Positions 38,474-48,263 of a stretch of DNA of 64,000 nt are shown in pieces; position 1 is the stretch's first letter; every line of letters starts with the position of its first letter. The notes beneath the pieces were generated by a model, which made no database searches, was not told the DNA's origin, and was given only the letters and a program-made list of their open reading frames with translations. This stretch comes from Planctomycetota bacterium (lineage in GTDB: Bacteria; Planctomycetota; B15-G4): NCBI GenBank assembly GCA_038212275.1, contig JBBQUR010000003.1:192001-256000 (forward strand). The letters run 5' to 3'. The position numbers and the translations under genes were made by a program.

Positions 38474-40089
38474 GGCGCGCCGTCTCCGGCGCCCGTCAGC
38501 TCGAGCCCGTTCGGGTAGAGCAGGCTTGGTTGACCCTCGATCTGCGCCTGGCTGTCGAGCAGGAAGTTGCCGTGCACCACGACGCGATCACCTTCCGACA
38601 AGCCGTCGAGCACCGGATAGAAGTCGCCTGCACGCGCACCGAGGCGCACCTCCGCGGCGGCGTAGCGGCCTGGCTTGCGCTCGACCCACACGATCTGTCG
38701 CAGGCCCGTGTCGAGCACCGCGCTGGCGGGCACGGCGAGGAGTCGGGCCGCGACACCCGGCTCCGATCCCTCGTGGCCGGACTGCTGTCCGTCGCGGATG
38801 AGGGTCATGCCACAGACCGCGCAGCGCCCGGGCGCGTCCGCGGGTGGCTGGTCATTCATCGGGCAGACCCAGCGCGCCGGGCCCGGCACGGCCTCGGCCC
38901 CGACTGCGGCGTCCGCGTCAGCGTTCGCGGCAGTCGCCGCGGCAGCGGGCACCTTCTGCAGGTCCATGCCGCAGAGCGGGCACACTCCGGGCACGTCGGC
39001 GACGACGTCCGGGTGCATCGGGCAGACCCACTTGCCGGCCAGCGGCGAGGAGGCGCTGCGCGCTGCGGCATCGAGCGAGGCGCGGATCGTCGCGCTCGCG
39101 AACATGCCCGGCTTGAGGCGGCCGTCGGGGTTGGGCAGGTTCACGCGCACGCGCACCGTGCGCGTGGCCTCGCGCACGACCGGCTCGACGAAGGCCACCG
39201 TCCCGACGAAGCTCTCGCCCGGCGCGCCCTCGATGTGGACGTCGACACGCTGACCGATGGCCACCCAGGGCAGTTCGAACTCGTAGATGTCCGCGAACAT
39301 CCATACGGTGGAAAGGTCGGCGATGGTGTAGAGCGGATCGCCGACCGCCACGTAGGCCTGCTCGCGCACGCTCTTCTCGATGACCGTGCCGCCGACGGGC
39401 GCGTGGACGGTGAGCACCGTGCGCGGCTTGCCTTCGGCGAGCACCGCGTCGATCTGCGCATCCGTCACGCCGAGGAGCGAGAGTTTCTCGCGCGCCACGC
39501 CCTCTCCGCCGGCCGCGCGCGCCGAGATCAGCTCCTGCTGCGCCACGACGAGCTCCGGCGAATACAGATCCACGAGATGGTCGCCGGCCGTCACCGTCAT
39601 GCCCGTGAAGTCCGCGTAGACGCGCTCGACGCGCGCTGCGGTCCGCGCCGTGATGTAGGCCACCAGCGGTTCGGCGAAGTCGATGCGCCCGACCGTGCGC
39701 AGCTCGTGCTCGAGCGGCCGGCGCGTCACGGCCTGCACCTCGATGGAGGCCACGCGCTGACTGCTCTCCGAGAGCGTGACGCTGCCGTCGCCGGACGCAG
39801 ACGCGGTCAGTGGCACCAGGTGCATGCCGCAGATCGGACAGTCCCCCGGATGATCCTGACGGATCTGCGGGTGCATGCTGCACGTCCACACGGACGCGGC
39901 GGGCGGTGCCGCATCGTCCGTCGAACCGCCGGAGGCGTGGCCGGCGTGCAACGGCTTCGCACCGTCGTCAGCAGGAGCCTGCGCGTCGGGCAGCATGTAG
40001 CGGCCGATGAGCAGTCCGGCCAGCAGGGCGACGGCGAGGCGCACGAAGCGTGCTGAGCCTGAGCGGATCGGTGTGCGGGCAGTCTTCAT
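38470..40089 (-). CDS. cusB: CusB-type membrane fusion protein with three heavy-metal-binding domains
   Basis: CSMHP..CPICGM, CPMHP..CPLCGM and CPMN..CAVCGM; LYSPELVVAQQE and LKPGMFA. Confidence 0.9.
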   Translation of the reverse strand: MKTARTPIRSGSARFVRLAVALLAGLLIGRYMLPDAQAPADDGAKPLHAGHASGGSTDDAAPPAASVWTCSMHPQIRQDHPGDCPICGMHLVPLTASASGDGSVTLSESSQRVASIEVQAVTRRPLEHELRTVGRIDFAEPLVAYITARTAARVERVYADFTGMTVTAGDHLVDLYSPELVVAQQELISARAAGGEGVAREKLSLLGVTDAQIDAVLAEGKPRTVLTVHAPVGGTVIEKSVREQAYVAVGDPLYTIADLSTVWMFADIYEFELPWVAIGQRVDVHIEGAPGESFVGTVAFVEPVVREATRTVRVRVNLPNPDGRLKPGMFASATIRASLDAAARSASSPLAGKWVCPMHPDVVADVPGVCPLCGMDLQKVPAAAATAANADADAAVGAEAVPGPARWVCPMNDQPPADAPGRCAVCGMTLIRDGQQSGHEGSEPGVAARLLAVPASAVLDTGLRQIVWVERKPGRYAAAEVRLGARAGDFYPVLDGLSEGDRVVVHGNFLLDSQAQIEGQPSLLYPNGLELTGAGDGAP

Positions 40090-41525
40090 GGTTCGGCTCC
40101 GGTGGCGAGCGAGGCGGGTGTCTGCTGCGTGCGCGACATCGCGCGAAGCTCCGTTCCCGTGAGGCGTTCCAGGCGCGCGAGCCGCTGTTCGCGTGCAGTG
40201 CGCGCTTCCGCCGTGGCGAGCTCCACGTCGAGCACCGATTGCTGGGCTTCCACCCAGGCGGTGAGGTCGGCCTGGCCCGTGGCGTACGCGGTGCGCGCGT
40301 TGTCGAAGAGCGCGCGGGCGCCGGGAGCGATCTCGCCGGCCAGCCGCGCGAGGCGGCGCTCGTCGTTGTGCAGCGCTGCCAGCGTGGCAAGCAGCGCGCC
40401 CGTTGCGTCGCGACCGGACTGGGCCTGACGCGCACGCGCCTCGTCGAGGTCCGCACGCGCGGCCTTCACGGCAGCCTCCACCGCCGGCACGGTCGTCGGC
40501 AGCGTGATCATCAGGCCGAGCGACTCGGAGCCGCCTCCGGTTGCGGTGAAGTTCGGCGCAAGGTTCGGCTCGTGGCGCTTGTCGGCCAGCTCCAGCGCCG
40601 CCTCGCGCGCGGCCGTCATGGCCGCGAGTTCGGCCAGCCCGGGATTGGCTGCGACACCGGTGGCGAAGATGTCTTCGTCCGACGGCAGCGGCCGCGGCGC
40701 CGGTCCGCTGCCGGGTTCCGGCGGCAGCAACGGTGCGTCCGGCTCGCGTGCGAGCAGCGCGTTGAGTGTCGCGCGCTGAACCTGCAGTTCGGCGCGCAGG
40801 TCATCGAGTGCGACGCGCGCCATGCCGGCCTCGATGCCCAGTCCCAGCACGAGGCTCTGCCTGCCGCCGACGGACACCGACGCCGACGCGCTGCTGGCCA
40901 GCGATTCCACGAGCGCGACGCGCCGCTCCTGCACCGCCAGGCGTTCGCCGAGCAGCACCCAGTCCCACCACGCGATGAGCGTGCGCTCGCGCAGTTCGAC
41001 GCGCACGGCCTCGAAGCGCCGGCCGGCGGCAAGCGCTTCGGCGAAGGCCACCTCGCCAGCCTTCCGGACCTTGTCGGGCAGCAGCAGCATCTGCATCGGA
41101 TCGAAGCCGAGCGTCACGGCGCTGGTGTCCCAGAGGCCGCCGTGCTGCAGCAGCTTGTTGAGGCCGATCGCCGTGTCGGTGTTCGGCCAGCCGGAGGCGA
41201 CGAGCACGCGCTGCAGTGCGGCGCGCCACGCGTTGAAGGCCGCTTCGAGCTCGCCGTTTGCGAGCAGCGCACGCGCGACGACATCGTCCACGTCGGGCTG
41301 CTCGGACAGCTCGGGCAGCGTGCGTTCCCCGGGCGGGAGGCGCCACGCGGCGCCGGCCTCGTCGAGGCGCCGGAACTCGTCGTCCGTACCGGCCGGCGCC
41401 AGCGTGCAACCGGGCCACAGCAGCGCGCACGCGGCAAGCGCGCATGCACGCATCGCCATGCTCGTTGCGGTCGAGGACAGCGGGGATCGCATGGGAACGG
41501 ACGCTGAGCGGGATCTTGCGCACAT
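40086..41525 (-). CDS. TolC-family outer membrane efflux lipoprotein (CusC-like)
   Basis: Lipobox-like WPGC, helical OEP repeats (ANGEL, ANPGL, AYATG), first gene of the RND operon, GAGGTG RBS. Confidence 0.8.
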   Translation of the reverse strand: MCARSRSASVPMRSPLSSTATSMAMRACALAACALLWPGCTLAPAGTDDEFRRLDEAGAAWRLPPGERTLPELSEQPDVDDVVARALLANGELEAAFNAWRAALQRVLVASGWPNTDTAIGLNKLLQHGGLWDTSAVTLGFDPMQMLLLPDKVRKAGEVAFAEALAAGRRFEAVRVELRERTLIAWWDWVLLGERLAVQERRVALVESLASSASASVSVGGRQSLVLGLGIEAGMARVALDDLRAELQVQRATLNALLAREPDAPLLPPEPGSGPAPRPLPSDEDIFATGVAANPGLAELAAMTAAREAALELADKRHEPNLAPNFTATGGGSESLGLMITLPTTVPAVEAAVKAARADLDEARARQAQSGRDATGALLATLAALHNDERRLARLAGEIAPGARALFDNARTAYATGQADLTAWVEAQQSVLDVELATAEARTAREQRLARLERLTGTELRAMSRTQQTPASLATGAEP

Positions 41526-41687
41526 GGGCGCACCTCTGAAACGGGGTGCAGGCGGATCGGAGTGCCGGCAGAACGGAGTGCCGGCCGAAGGGCGCGCCGC
41601 CGAAGGCTTTGCCGTCGGCGCCGATGCCTTGGCGACCGCGCCTCGGCGCGATCGCGAACCAGGGACGGAGCGTCCCTGGTCAGCGCG

Positions 41688-42107
41688 CTAGATCAGGATC
41701 ACGCAGTGCAGCCGCAGCAGAGACACGGCGTGCTCGCCGCGGGCCGACACCGATGCATGCGAGGCTGCGACGCCCGGCGTGGCCAGCGAAACCTCGAGTT
41801 GCCTCGGCGGCAACGCGGCCACGTGCGCGGGATCGATCGGAGCACGGGGCGCGCTCTGCGCAGGCATCGCGGGCGGTGCCTGCGCCGAGCAGCCGCACGT
41901 GGCCTCGCTCAGCGAGGCGCCCGTGGCCTCCCGCGCGTCGAGGCACGCGGCGGCGACAGGCGCCGCGGGCCCGCAGCAGCACGAGGCCGCGGCATCCGCA
42001 AGACCGTCGCCGCACGCGGAGCCACCCTGGCGCATCGCGGGGGGCAGCAGCGCCGCCAGCACGAGCAGCACGCACAGTGCGCGGGAGATTGCAGAAGTCG
42101 GTGCCAT
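41688..42107 (-). CDS. Small Cys-rich exported protein upstream of the efflux operon
   Basis: Signal-like N-terminus, SCCCG, CGC and a C-terminal LHCVILI. Confidence 0.6.
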   Translation of the reverse strand: MAPTSAISRALCVLLVLAALLPPAMRQGGSACGDGLADAAASCCCGPAAPVAAACLDAREATGASLSEATCGCSAQAPPAMPAQSAPRAPIDPAHVAALPPRQLEVSLATPGVAASHASVSARGEHAVSLLRLHCVILI

Positions 42108-42210
42108 GCCTGATCTCGACGGGCCGCGGGCGGCCGGTCCCAAGGATACGCCTCGGAGCCCGGCCGTGTCTGCCCGAAGTCCTTTCGGTGCGTGAGTCGG
42201 CCGGACTTGA

Positions 42211-43149
42211 TCAGTCGCCGCGCCACCAGCGACCGCAGAGGCCCGCGGGCAGCAGGCGCTCGCTCTCGGCCTGCGGAATGGCCAGCTCGCCCGCCACGCG
42301 CTGCCCCGGCCCGATGTCCGCCAGCAGGTTGAGGAAGGCGAGCGGCGACGTGCCGACCGCGTAGCAGGAGATGACCAGGAAGGCCGGGCCGTCGGCGAGC
42401 AGCGCCGCGCAGTCCGCGAGCAGGTCCGCGATGTGCTCCTCGAAGGTCCAGGTCTGGCCGTCGGGGCCGCGTCCGTACGGCGGCGGGTCCAGCACGATGC
42501 CGTGGTAGCGGCGGCCGCGCTTGCGCTCGCGTCGCACGAACACGGCCGCGTCGTCCTCGATCCAGCGCACGGCGTCGGGCGCCAGTCCGGACGCGGCGGC
42601 GTTCTCGTGCGCCCAGCGCAGCGCCGGCTTGCTCGCGTCGACGTGCGTGACGAAGGCGCCGGCGAGAGTGGCCAGCACCGTCGCCGCGCCGGTGTAGCCG
42701 AAGAGGTTCAGCAGCGCGGGGCGCTCGCCCGCGGGCCATCCGGCGCGCAGTGCGGTCAACTGCCCGGCCGTGAAGGCCCAGTTGCCCGACTGCTCGGGGA
42801 AGACGCCGATGTGCTTGAACGGCGTGGGGCGCACGAGCAGGGTCGCGCCCCGGTGCTTCAACTCCCACTGGCGCGGCACGTCGCGTCGCGCCGCGGACCC
42901 GGGCTCCCAGCGACCGCCGCGATCGGACTCGCGCACGAAGCGCAGGTCCGCCGCCGCCCACGCGGCCTCGTCGCGCAGCGGTTTCCACATCGCCTGAGGA
43001 TCGGGCCGTCGCAGCAGCACCTCGCCGACGCGCTCGAGTTTCTCGCCGTGCCCGCAATCGAGCAGCGCGTAGCCGTCGATCGGCTCCCACGGAAAGACCA
43101 CGGTGGTCGGGGGCGACGACGTCGCGCGCTGGGCAGCTGCATCTACCAT
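42211..43149 (-). CDS. Class I SAM-dependent methyltransferase (RlmI/RlmK-like)
   Basis: YALLDCGHGEKLER, FKHIGVFPEQ, LNLFGYTG, HVDASK and LDPPPYGRG. Confidence 0.88.
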   Translation of the reverse strand: MVDAAAQRATSSPPTTVVFPWEPIDGYALLDCGHGEKLERVGEVLLRRPDPQAMWKPLRDEAAWAAADLRFVRESDRGGRWEPGSAARRDVPRQWELKHRGATLLVRPTPFKHIGVFPEQSGNWAFTAGQLTALRAGWPAGERPALLNLFGYTGAATVLATLAGAFVTHVDASKPALRWAHENAAASGLAPDAVRWIEDDAAVFVRRERKRGRRYHGIVLDPPPYGRGPDGQTWTFEEHIADLLADCAALLADGPAFLVISCYAVGTSPLAFLNLLADIGPGQRVAGELAIPQAESERLLPAGLCGRWWRGD

Positions 43150-44582
43150 CGCCGGTACATCCGGGCCAGGCGGGAAGGGTCCACGCCCAGACGATACAGC
43201 GGCGGGATGAGCTTCATCAGCAGCATCGCCTTGAGCGGGTTGACCTGCATGCGCCGGCCGCTCACCACGACGGGAACGGGGATGCGCGCCAGCGGCGCGC
43301 GCGCTGCAAGCCGCCGCGACAGGTCGAAGTCCTCCATGATCGGCAGCGCGCGGAAGCCGCCGACCGCCTCGTAGGCCTGACGCGTCACGAAGATCGCCTG
43401 ATCGCCGTAGGGATGTCGCGTCGTGCGCGAGCGCAGGTCGGCCAGACGCAGCAGCGGGCCGGCGCGATCGGGAAAGCGCGGGTCGGCGACGGTGCGGGTC
43501 ACGAAGGCGCCGGCCTCGCTGCCCGCCGCGAGCGCCTCGCGCACCAGCGTCGTGCCGCCCGCCGGCAGGCGTGCGTCGGTGTGAAGGAAGAGCAGCGCTT
43601 CGCCGGTGGCCAGCCGTGCGCCCGCCGCGAACTGCCGTCCGCGGCCCGCGGTCGTCACGGTGACGGTGGCGCCCGCGGCCACCGCGCGCTCGGGACTCCG
43701 GTCGCGACTGCCACCGTCGGCGACGATGATCTCCAGCGGCCCGGGCTGATCGGCCAGCGCGAGCAGGCAGGCATCGAGCGCCACGTTTTCCTCCAGCGTG
43801 GCGATGACCACCGAGAGCGGCGGCGGCCCGCCGGGCGCTCCGTTTGCCGGCAGCAGCGCAAGCGTTGCCGGCGCGCGTTCGGGGTCGGCGGCCAGGTCCG
43901 TGCGCAGGCGCCGCAGGTCGGCCTCGACGTCGACGTCGTACCAGTCGGGAGCGAGCGCGACGGTGAGGCCCATGCGCCGCGCGCGCTCCTGCACCTGCGC
44001 GAGCGTCCCGCTCGGCGCTGCGGGTGCTTCCGGACGCGGCGCGCGCGATCCGTCCGCCGGACTGACGTCCGCATCCCAGGCAAGATCGTCGAGCCAGGTG
44101 TTGCCCCACAGCGCCGCGGGTCCGCCGCGCACGCCGAGGCACCAGAAGCCGCCGTCGCGCGCGGGTCCGAGCACGACGTCGGCGCGCTGCAGCGCGGCCA
44201 GCGCGGCGACCAGGTGGCCTTCCGGCAGCGAGGGGCTGTCCGTGCCGAGCAGCAGCACCTGCTCGCGCTGCGCCAGGGCGCGCACGACGAGCGTGGCCAT
44301 GCGGCGTCCGAGGTCGCCCTCGGCCTGGCGCACGATGGTGGGTGTCGGCAGGAGCTGCGGAAAGTCCTCGGGGTTGCCGGCCTGCGCGAAGACGAGGTCC
44401 ACGTCGGGTTGCGCGGACACCCACGCGGACACGGCGGCCCACGTGTCCGCGAGGAAGGCTCGCGCGAGGCGGGCTGCGGCGCCCTCACCGATGCTCGCAG
44501 CGAGGCGCGTCTTGGCTGCCCCGCGCCGCGGCGGCCGGGCCAGCACCGCGATGCGGGTGCCGCGCGCGACCCCCTGGTTCAC
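43143..44582 (-). CDS. Fused rSAM-associated transferases (DUF2064/TIGR04282-like + GT2 TIGR04283-like)
   Basis: N-terminal AKTRLA, QAEGDLGRRM, GTDSP, GPARDGG and DVDVEADL; C-terminal ADGGSRD, FLHTD, YGDQAIF and PIMEDF. Confidence 0.85.
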   Translation of the reverse strand: MNQGVARGTRIAVLARPPRRGAAKTRLAASIGEGAAARLARAFLADTWAAVSAWVSAQPDVDLVFAQAGNPEDFPQLLPTPTIVRQAEGDLGRRMATLVVRALAQREQVLLLGTDSPSLPEGHLVAALAALQRADVVLGPARDGGFWCLGVRGGPAALWGNTWLDDLAWDADVSPADGSRAPRPEAPAAPSGTLAQVQERARRMGLTVALAPDWYDVDVEADLRRLRTDLAADPERAPATLALLPANGAPGGPPPLSVVIATLEENVALDACLLALADQPGPLEIIVADGGSRDRSPERAVAAGATVTVTTAGRGRQFAAGARLATGEALLFLHTDARLPAGGTTLVREALAAGSEAGAFVTRTVADPRFPDRAGPLLRLADLRSRTTRHPYGDQAIFVTRQAYEAVGGFRALPIMEDFDLSRRLAARAPLARIPVPVVVSGRRMQVNPLKAMLLMKLIPPLYRLGVDPSRLARMYRRW

Positions 44583-45640
44583 GCGCGCCTTACCGACATT
44601 CCCGCGGTGAGCGAGCCGGAACAACCGCTGCCCTGTCCGGCGGTGCAGCCCATGCAGTGATTGGCGGTGGTCACGCGCGCGCCCGCGAGCTCGGAGAGAT
44701 CGTCGAGCTCGAAGATGGACGCCGCGCCCGCACCGAGAGGCAGGTCCGCCATCTGGTGGAAGTCGCAGTCCGAGAGGCGCCCGTCCCAGTTCACGCTGAC
44801 GAGGTCGCGGCACATCACGGAGTCCGCGGCGGCGGGATTGAAGCTGCTCTGCAGCAGCTCCTCGTACTCGGCCAGCCGGCTGGTGCGGCGCAGGTCCTCC
44901 GCGAAGCGATGGATGGGCATGTTCGCCAGCGTGAGCAGCCGGTCGAAGACGATGCCGTGATCCTGGGCGAGGCGCACGCGGTAGTCGCGCTCGAGCTCCG
45001 CCTGCGGCCCGGGCAGCGTCGGCCCGAGCGGGTTGTAGACCAGGTCGAGGCGACGCGGACCGGCGCCCTCGTCGTCATCCTCATCGTCGTCCTCGTTCTC
45101 GTCGTCGCGCGGAGGCGGCGTGGTGCCTTGCGCGGCGCCGTAGCCGAGGCCGTTGAGCCGCTTCAGGGCGCGCAGGCTGGCGGCGAAGACGCCGTCGCCG
45201 CGCTGCCGGTCCACGTTCTCCCGCGTGTAGCAGGGCAGCGAGGCGATCACGTGCAGCTCGCGCTCCGCGAAAAACTCCGGCGTGTCCTGCTGGCCGGGCT
45301 GCTCGAGCACCGTGAGGTTGCAGCGCACGCTGACGTGCTTGCCGGCCGCGAGTGATCCGTTCACGAGCCGTCGGAAGTGCGGGTTGAGCTCGGGCGCGCC
45401 GCCGGTGATGTCCACGGTCTCCACGCTGTCCGAGCGGCGCAGCACGGAGAGCACGCGCTCGACCGTGGGGCCGCTCATGCGTTCCGTGCGCAGCGGACCG
45501 GCGTCCACGTGGCAGTGGTGGCAGGCCTGGTTGCAGAGCTTTCCCATGTTGACCTGCAGCGTGCGGAGCGTGCGGCGCACGAGCGGTCCATGACCGTTCT
45601 CGGCCAGCAGCAGGTCGAATCGATTGGGCGTCGGCAGCAT
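44579..45640 (-). CDS. arsS: ArsS-family radical SAM protein (TIGR04167-like)
   Basis: LQVNMGKLCNQACHHCHVDAGP, DITGGAPE, SLPCY, DCDFHQ and HCMGCTAGQGSGCSG. Confidence 0.88.
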   Translation of the reverse strand: MLPTPNRFDLLLAENGHGPLVRRTLRTLQVNMGKLCNQACHHCHVDAGPLRTERMSGPTVERVLSVLRRSDSVETVDITGGAPELNPHFRRLVNGSLAAGKHVSVRCNLTVLEQPGQQDTPEFFAERELHVIASLPCYTRENVDRQRGDGVFAASLRALKRLNGLGYGAAQGTTPPPRDDENEDDDEDDDEGAGPRRLDLVYNPLGPTLPGPQAELERDYRVRLAQDHGIVFDRLLTLANMPIHRFAEDLRRTSRLAEYEELLQSSFNPAAADSVMCRDLVSVNWDGRLSDCDFHQMADLPLGAGAASIFELDDLSELAGARVTTANHCMGCTAGQGSGCSGSLTAGMSVRRA

Positions 45641-45702
45641 GAAAGCGGCTCCTTCCGGGCTGCGGACTCTAGCAGCGCGGGGGCGAGCTTGCCCAGCGCC
45701 GC

Positions 45703-48069
45703 TCAGCGCAGATAGCCGAGCTGGACCATCCATTCGCGCAGCGCGGGGTCCATGCCTTCGGCGTTGGCGCCCTCGGCCGGGTGCAGTGGCCCGCGCGCGA
45801 GCCGCTCGCGGGCCACGGCCAGCAAGCCGTCGGCCTGTGCGGCGTGCGCGGCGAGTTGCACCAGATTGTTTCGCTCCGCGGGATCGGTCGCCAGGTCGAA
45901 GAGCGCGGTGGCCTTGCACGCACCCTGCTCATCCACCGTGGCGATGAGCTTGAAGGGCCACGCGACGACGGCCACCTCGTGCCGGATGCCGGGTCGTGGA
46001 GGCTCGTGGTAGACCACGTCCGCGAAGAGGGGCTGCGGGCGGGCCACGGCCGTGCCGGTACGAGCCGCGGCTTCCCCGGCACCGTCGGCACCGCCCGCGC
46101 GGCACAGAGCGGACAGGTCGCGGCCCGACCATTCCGTGGGCACGGGCAGGTCGAGCAGGCCGAAGAGCGTCGGCGCGAGGTCCGTCAGCGAGACCGGCGT
46201 GTCGACGCGCAGGCCGGCGGCCACCGTGCCCGGCAGGCGCATGATCCAGGGCACGCGCAATTCCTCTTCGTGCAGGCTCTGCCGGTGCTCCCACTGGCCG
46301 TGCTCCGCGAACGCCTCGCCGTGATCCGAGGCGAAGACGAAGAGCGTGCGTCCGAAGAGGCCGGTCTCCTGCAACGTCGCATCGAGGGCCGCCAGCGCGT
46401 GGTCGTTGTGCAGCACCTCGGCGTCGTAGTTCAGCGTGGACTCGTCGAAGCGCGCGCGGTTGGCCGCCGTGCTCGTCGCGCGCGGCGACGGGTCGCCCAT
46501 CAGCGCGCGCACGTCGTCGGCGAGCGGCATGTAGGGCGCGTGCGGATCGAGCGAGTGCGCGAAGACGAAGACCTGCTCGTCGGCGTGTCGCGCCAGGAAG
46601 TCGGCGATGGGATCGCGGATGAGGTCGGAGGTGAGCGTGGAGGTCACGTCCGAAGCGCCGAAGGCCAGCGGCTCGGCGTGGACGTCGAAGCCCTGGTCGA
46701 GGCCGGACCACGCGCCGGCGTGGTAGTTGGTGACGAAGGACGCGGTGAGGTAGCCCTGCGCGGCCAGCGCCTCGGGCAGCGTGGTCAGCGAGGCGGGGAT
46801 GCGCCGCGTGTGCAGCTGGTTGCCGTGTGCGACCGGGTCGAGCGAGGTGAGGATCGAGCTCACCGACGGGCGTGTCCAGCTGGCCGTGGCCCAGGCATGC
46901 GTGAAGCTGCAGCCCTGCGCCGCGATCCGGAAAAGCTGAGGCGTCGTCGGGTGGTCGTAGCCGAGCGAGGTCACGTGGTCGGCGCGCAGCGTGTCCTCGA
47001 CGTAGAGCACGACAGGCGGGCGCGGTTCGTTCGTGCGCTGCAGGCGCAGCACGCTGCCGACGAGCAGCACGCCGCGCGCGTCGTGCGCGCCCGTTGCCTC
47101 GAGCTCGAACTGCAGCGCGCCTCCGGGCAGCTCGATCGCATGCTCGACCCAGCCCTCGCCCGGCTGCACGTGCAGGCGCTGCTCGGGCAGCAGGCCGTGA
47201 CGCTCGCGCAGGATCACGTCCGCGGGCTGCTCGGCGCCGACGACGGCGAGCGCGAAACGCAGCCGGTCGCCGGCGGCGGCAGGCACGTCCAGCGTCGCGA
47301 CGCCGGGGAGGCGCAGCGCCATGCCCTGACGAGCAACGCCGAGCCGTTCGAGACGCCCGACGTGCACGCCGCGGTCGGAGAGCCCGTCGTAGTCGGAGAC
47401 GAGCGCGATCTGCTCGATGTCCACGGCGAGTTCGTCGTCGGCTGCGCCGCCGCGGAAGCGCAGACGGAACTCCTCGACGCCCTCGGCGGCATCACCGGCC
47501 TCGCGAATGCCGCGCAGGCTGGACATCGCGATCTGGTAGTCCACGAAGTCTCCCGTCGCCTCCAGCGACAGGTCGGTCGTGCTGCGGTCGGGCGAGAAGC
47601 TCTCGCCGGTGTTGCGCCAGGACACCGTGAGGCGATTCGCCGTCGTCGTGCGCACGCGGAACGTGAGCCAGTGGTGCACTTCCGGATCCACGATGCCCGC
47701 TCCCGGGCCGACGATCACCAGTTGCCCTTGCCCGCTGAGTGCCAGCACCGACTTGCCGCGGCGGGTGGCCTGCGTGCCGGCCGTGGGCGCCAGGGGAGTC
47801 CAGGCGCCGGGCGCGGCATGCGTCTCCCCGAAGGTCCAGGCCAGCGACAGCGGTGAGCGCGCCGGGTCCGGCGGCGCGCCTTCCCACAGGAAGTCCCGCT
47901 GCGCGACGCGGTAGCGCGGCGCGTCCTCGTGCGCATCGCAGCCCGCCAGCAGGGCGGCCAGCACGGCCGTCAGCAGCAGCCGGGTTGCCGCCCGGGTGAT
48001 GTCGCCGGAAAGGGCGGCCGCCGCGGGGCGATTCAGACGGCGCAGGAAGCAGGCAAGGGGGGCCGACAC
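45703..48069 (-). CDS. Sulfatase-family lipoprotein with long N-terminal extension
   Basis: Lipobox LAGC; DTLRADH, SWTRPS, DPHAPY, YDAEV, SDHGE and LGYL. Start uncertain. Confidence 0.82.
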   Translation of the reverse strand: MSAPLACFLRRLNRPAAAALSGDITRAATRLLLTAVLAALLAGCDAHEDAPRYRVAQRDFLWEGAPPDPARSPLSLAWTFGETHAAPGAWTPLAPTAGTQATRRGKSVLALSGQGQLVIVGPGAGIVDPEVHHWLTFRVRTTTANRLTVSWRNTGESFSPDRSTTDLSLEATGDFVDYQIAMSSLRGIREAGDAAEGVEEFRLRFRGGAADDELAVDIEQIALVSDYDGLSDRGVHVGRLERLGVARQGMALRLPGVATLDVPAAAGDRLRFALAVVGAEQPADVILRERHGLLPEQRLHVQPGEGWVEHAIELPGGALQFELEATGAHDARGVLLVGSVLRLQRTNEPRPPVVLYVEDTLRADHVTSLGYDHPTTPQLFRIAAQGCSFTHAWATASWTRPSVSSILTSLDPVAHGNQLHTRRIPASLTTLPEALAAQGYLTASFVTNYHAGAWSGLDQGFDVHAEPLAFGASDVTSTLTSDLIRDPIADFLARHADEQVFVFAHSLDPHAPYMPLADDVRALMGDPSPRATSTAANRARFDESTLNYDAEVLHNDHALAALDATLQETGLFGRTLFVFASDHGEAFAEHGQWEHRQSLHEEELRVPWIMRLPGTVAAGLRVDTPVSLTDLAPTLFGLLDLPVPTEWSGRDLSALCRAGGADGAGEAAARTGTAVARPQPLFADVVYHEPPRPGIRHEVAVVAWPFKLIATVDEQGACKATALFDLATDPAERNNLVQLAAHAAQADGLLAVARERLARGPLHPAEGANAEGMDPALREWMVQLGYLR

Positions 48070-48263
48070 GCCGCGGATTGTAGCGCCCGACCGCGCCCGA
48101 CAGCGCTCGAACGTGCGCGAACGTGCGCGAACGCGTGCGAGCCGGGGCGCCTTGCATGGCCGCGCACGCGCACTGCCTGCGCGGCTCGCGCACGCGTCGG
48201 GGTGTCGCGCGCACTCGTCGAAAGAGGCAGAATGGGGGGCTCAACCCATCGGAGCAAGAGACC

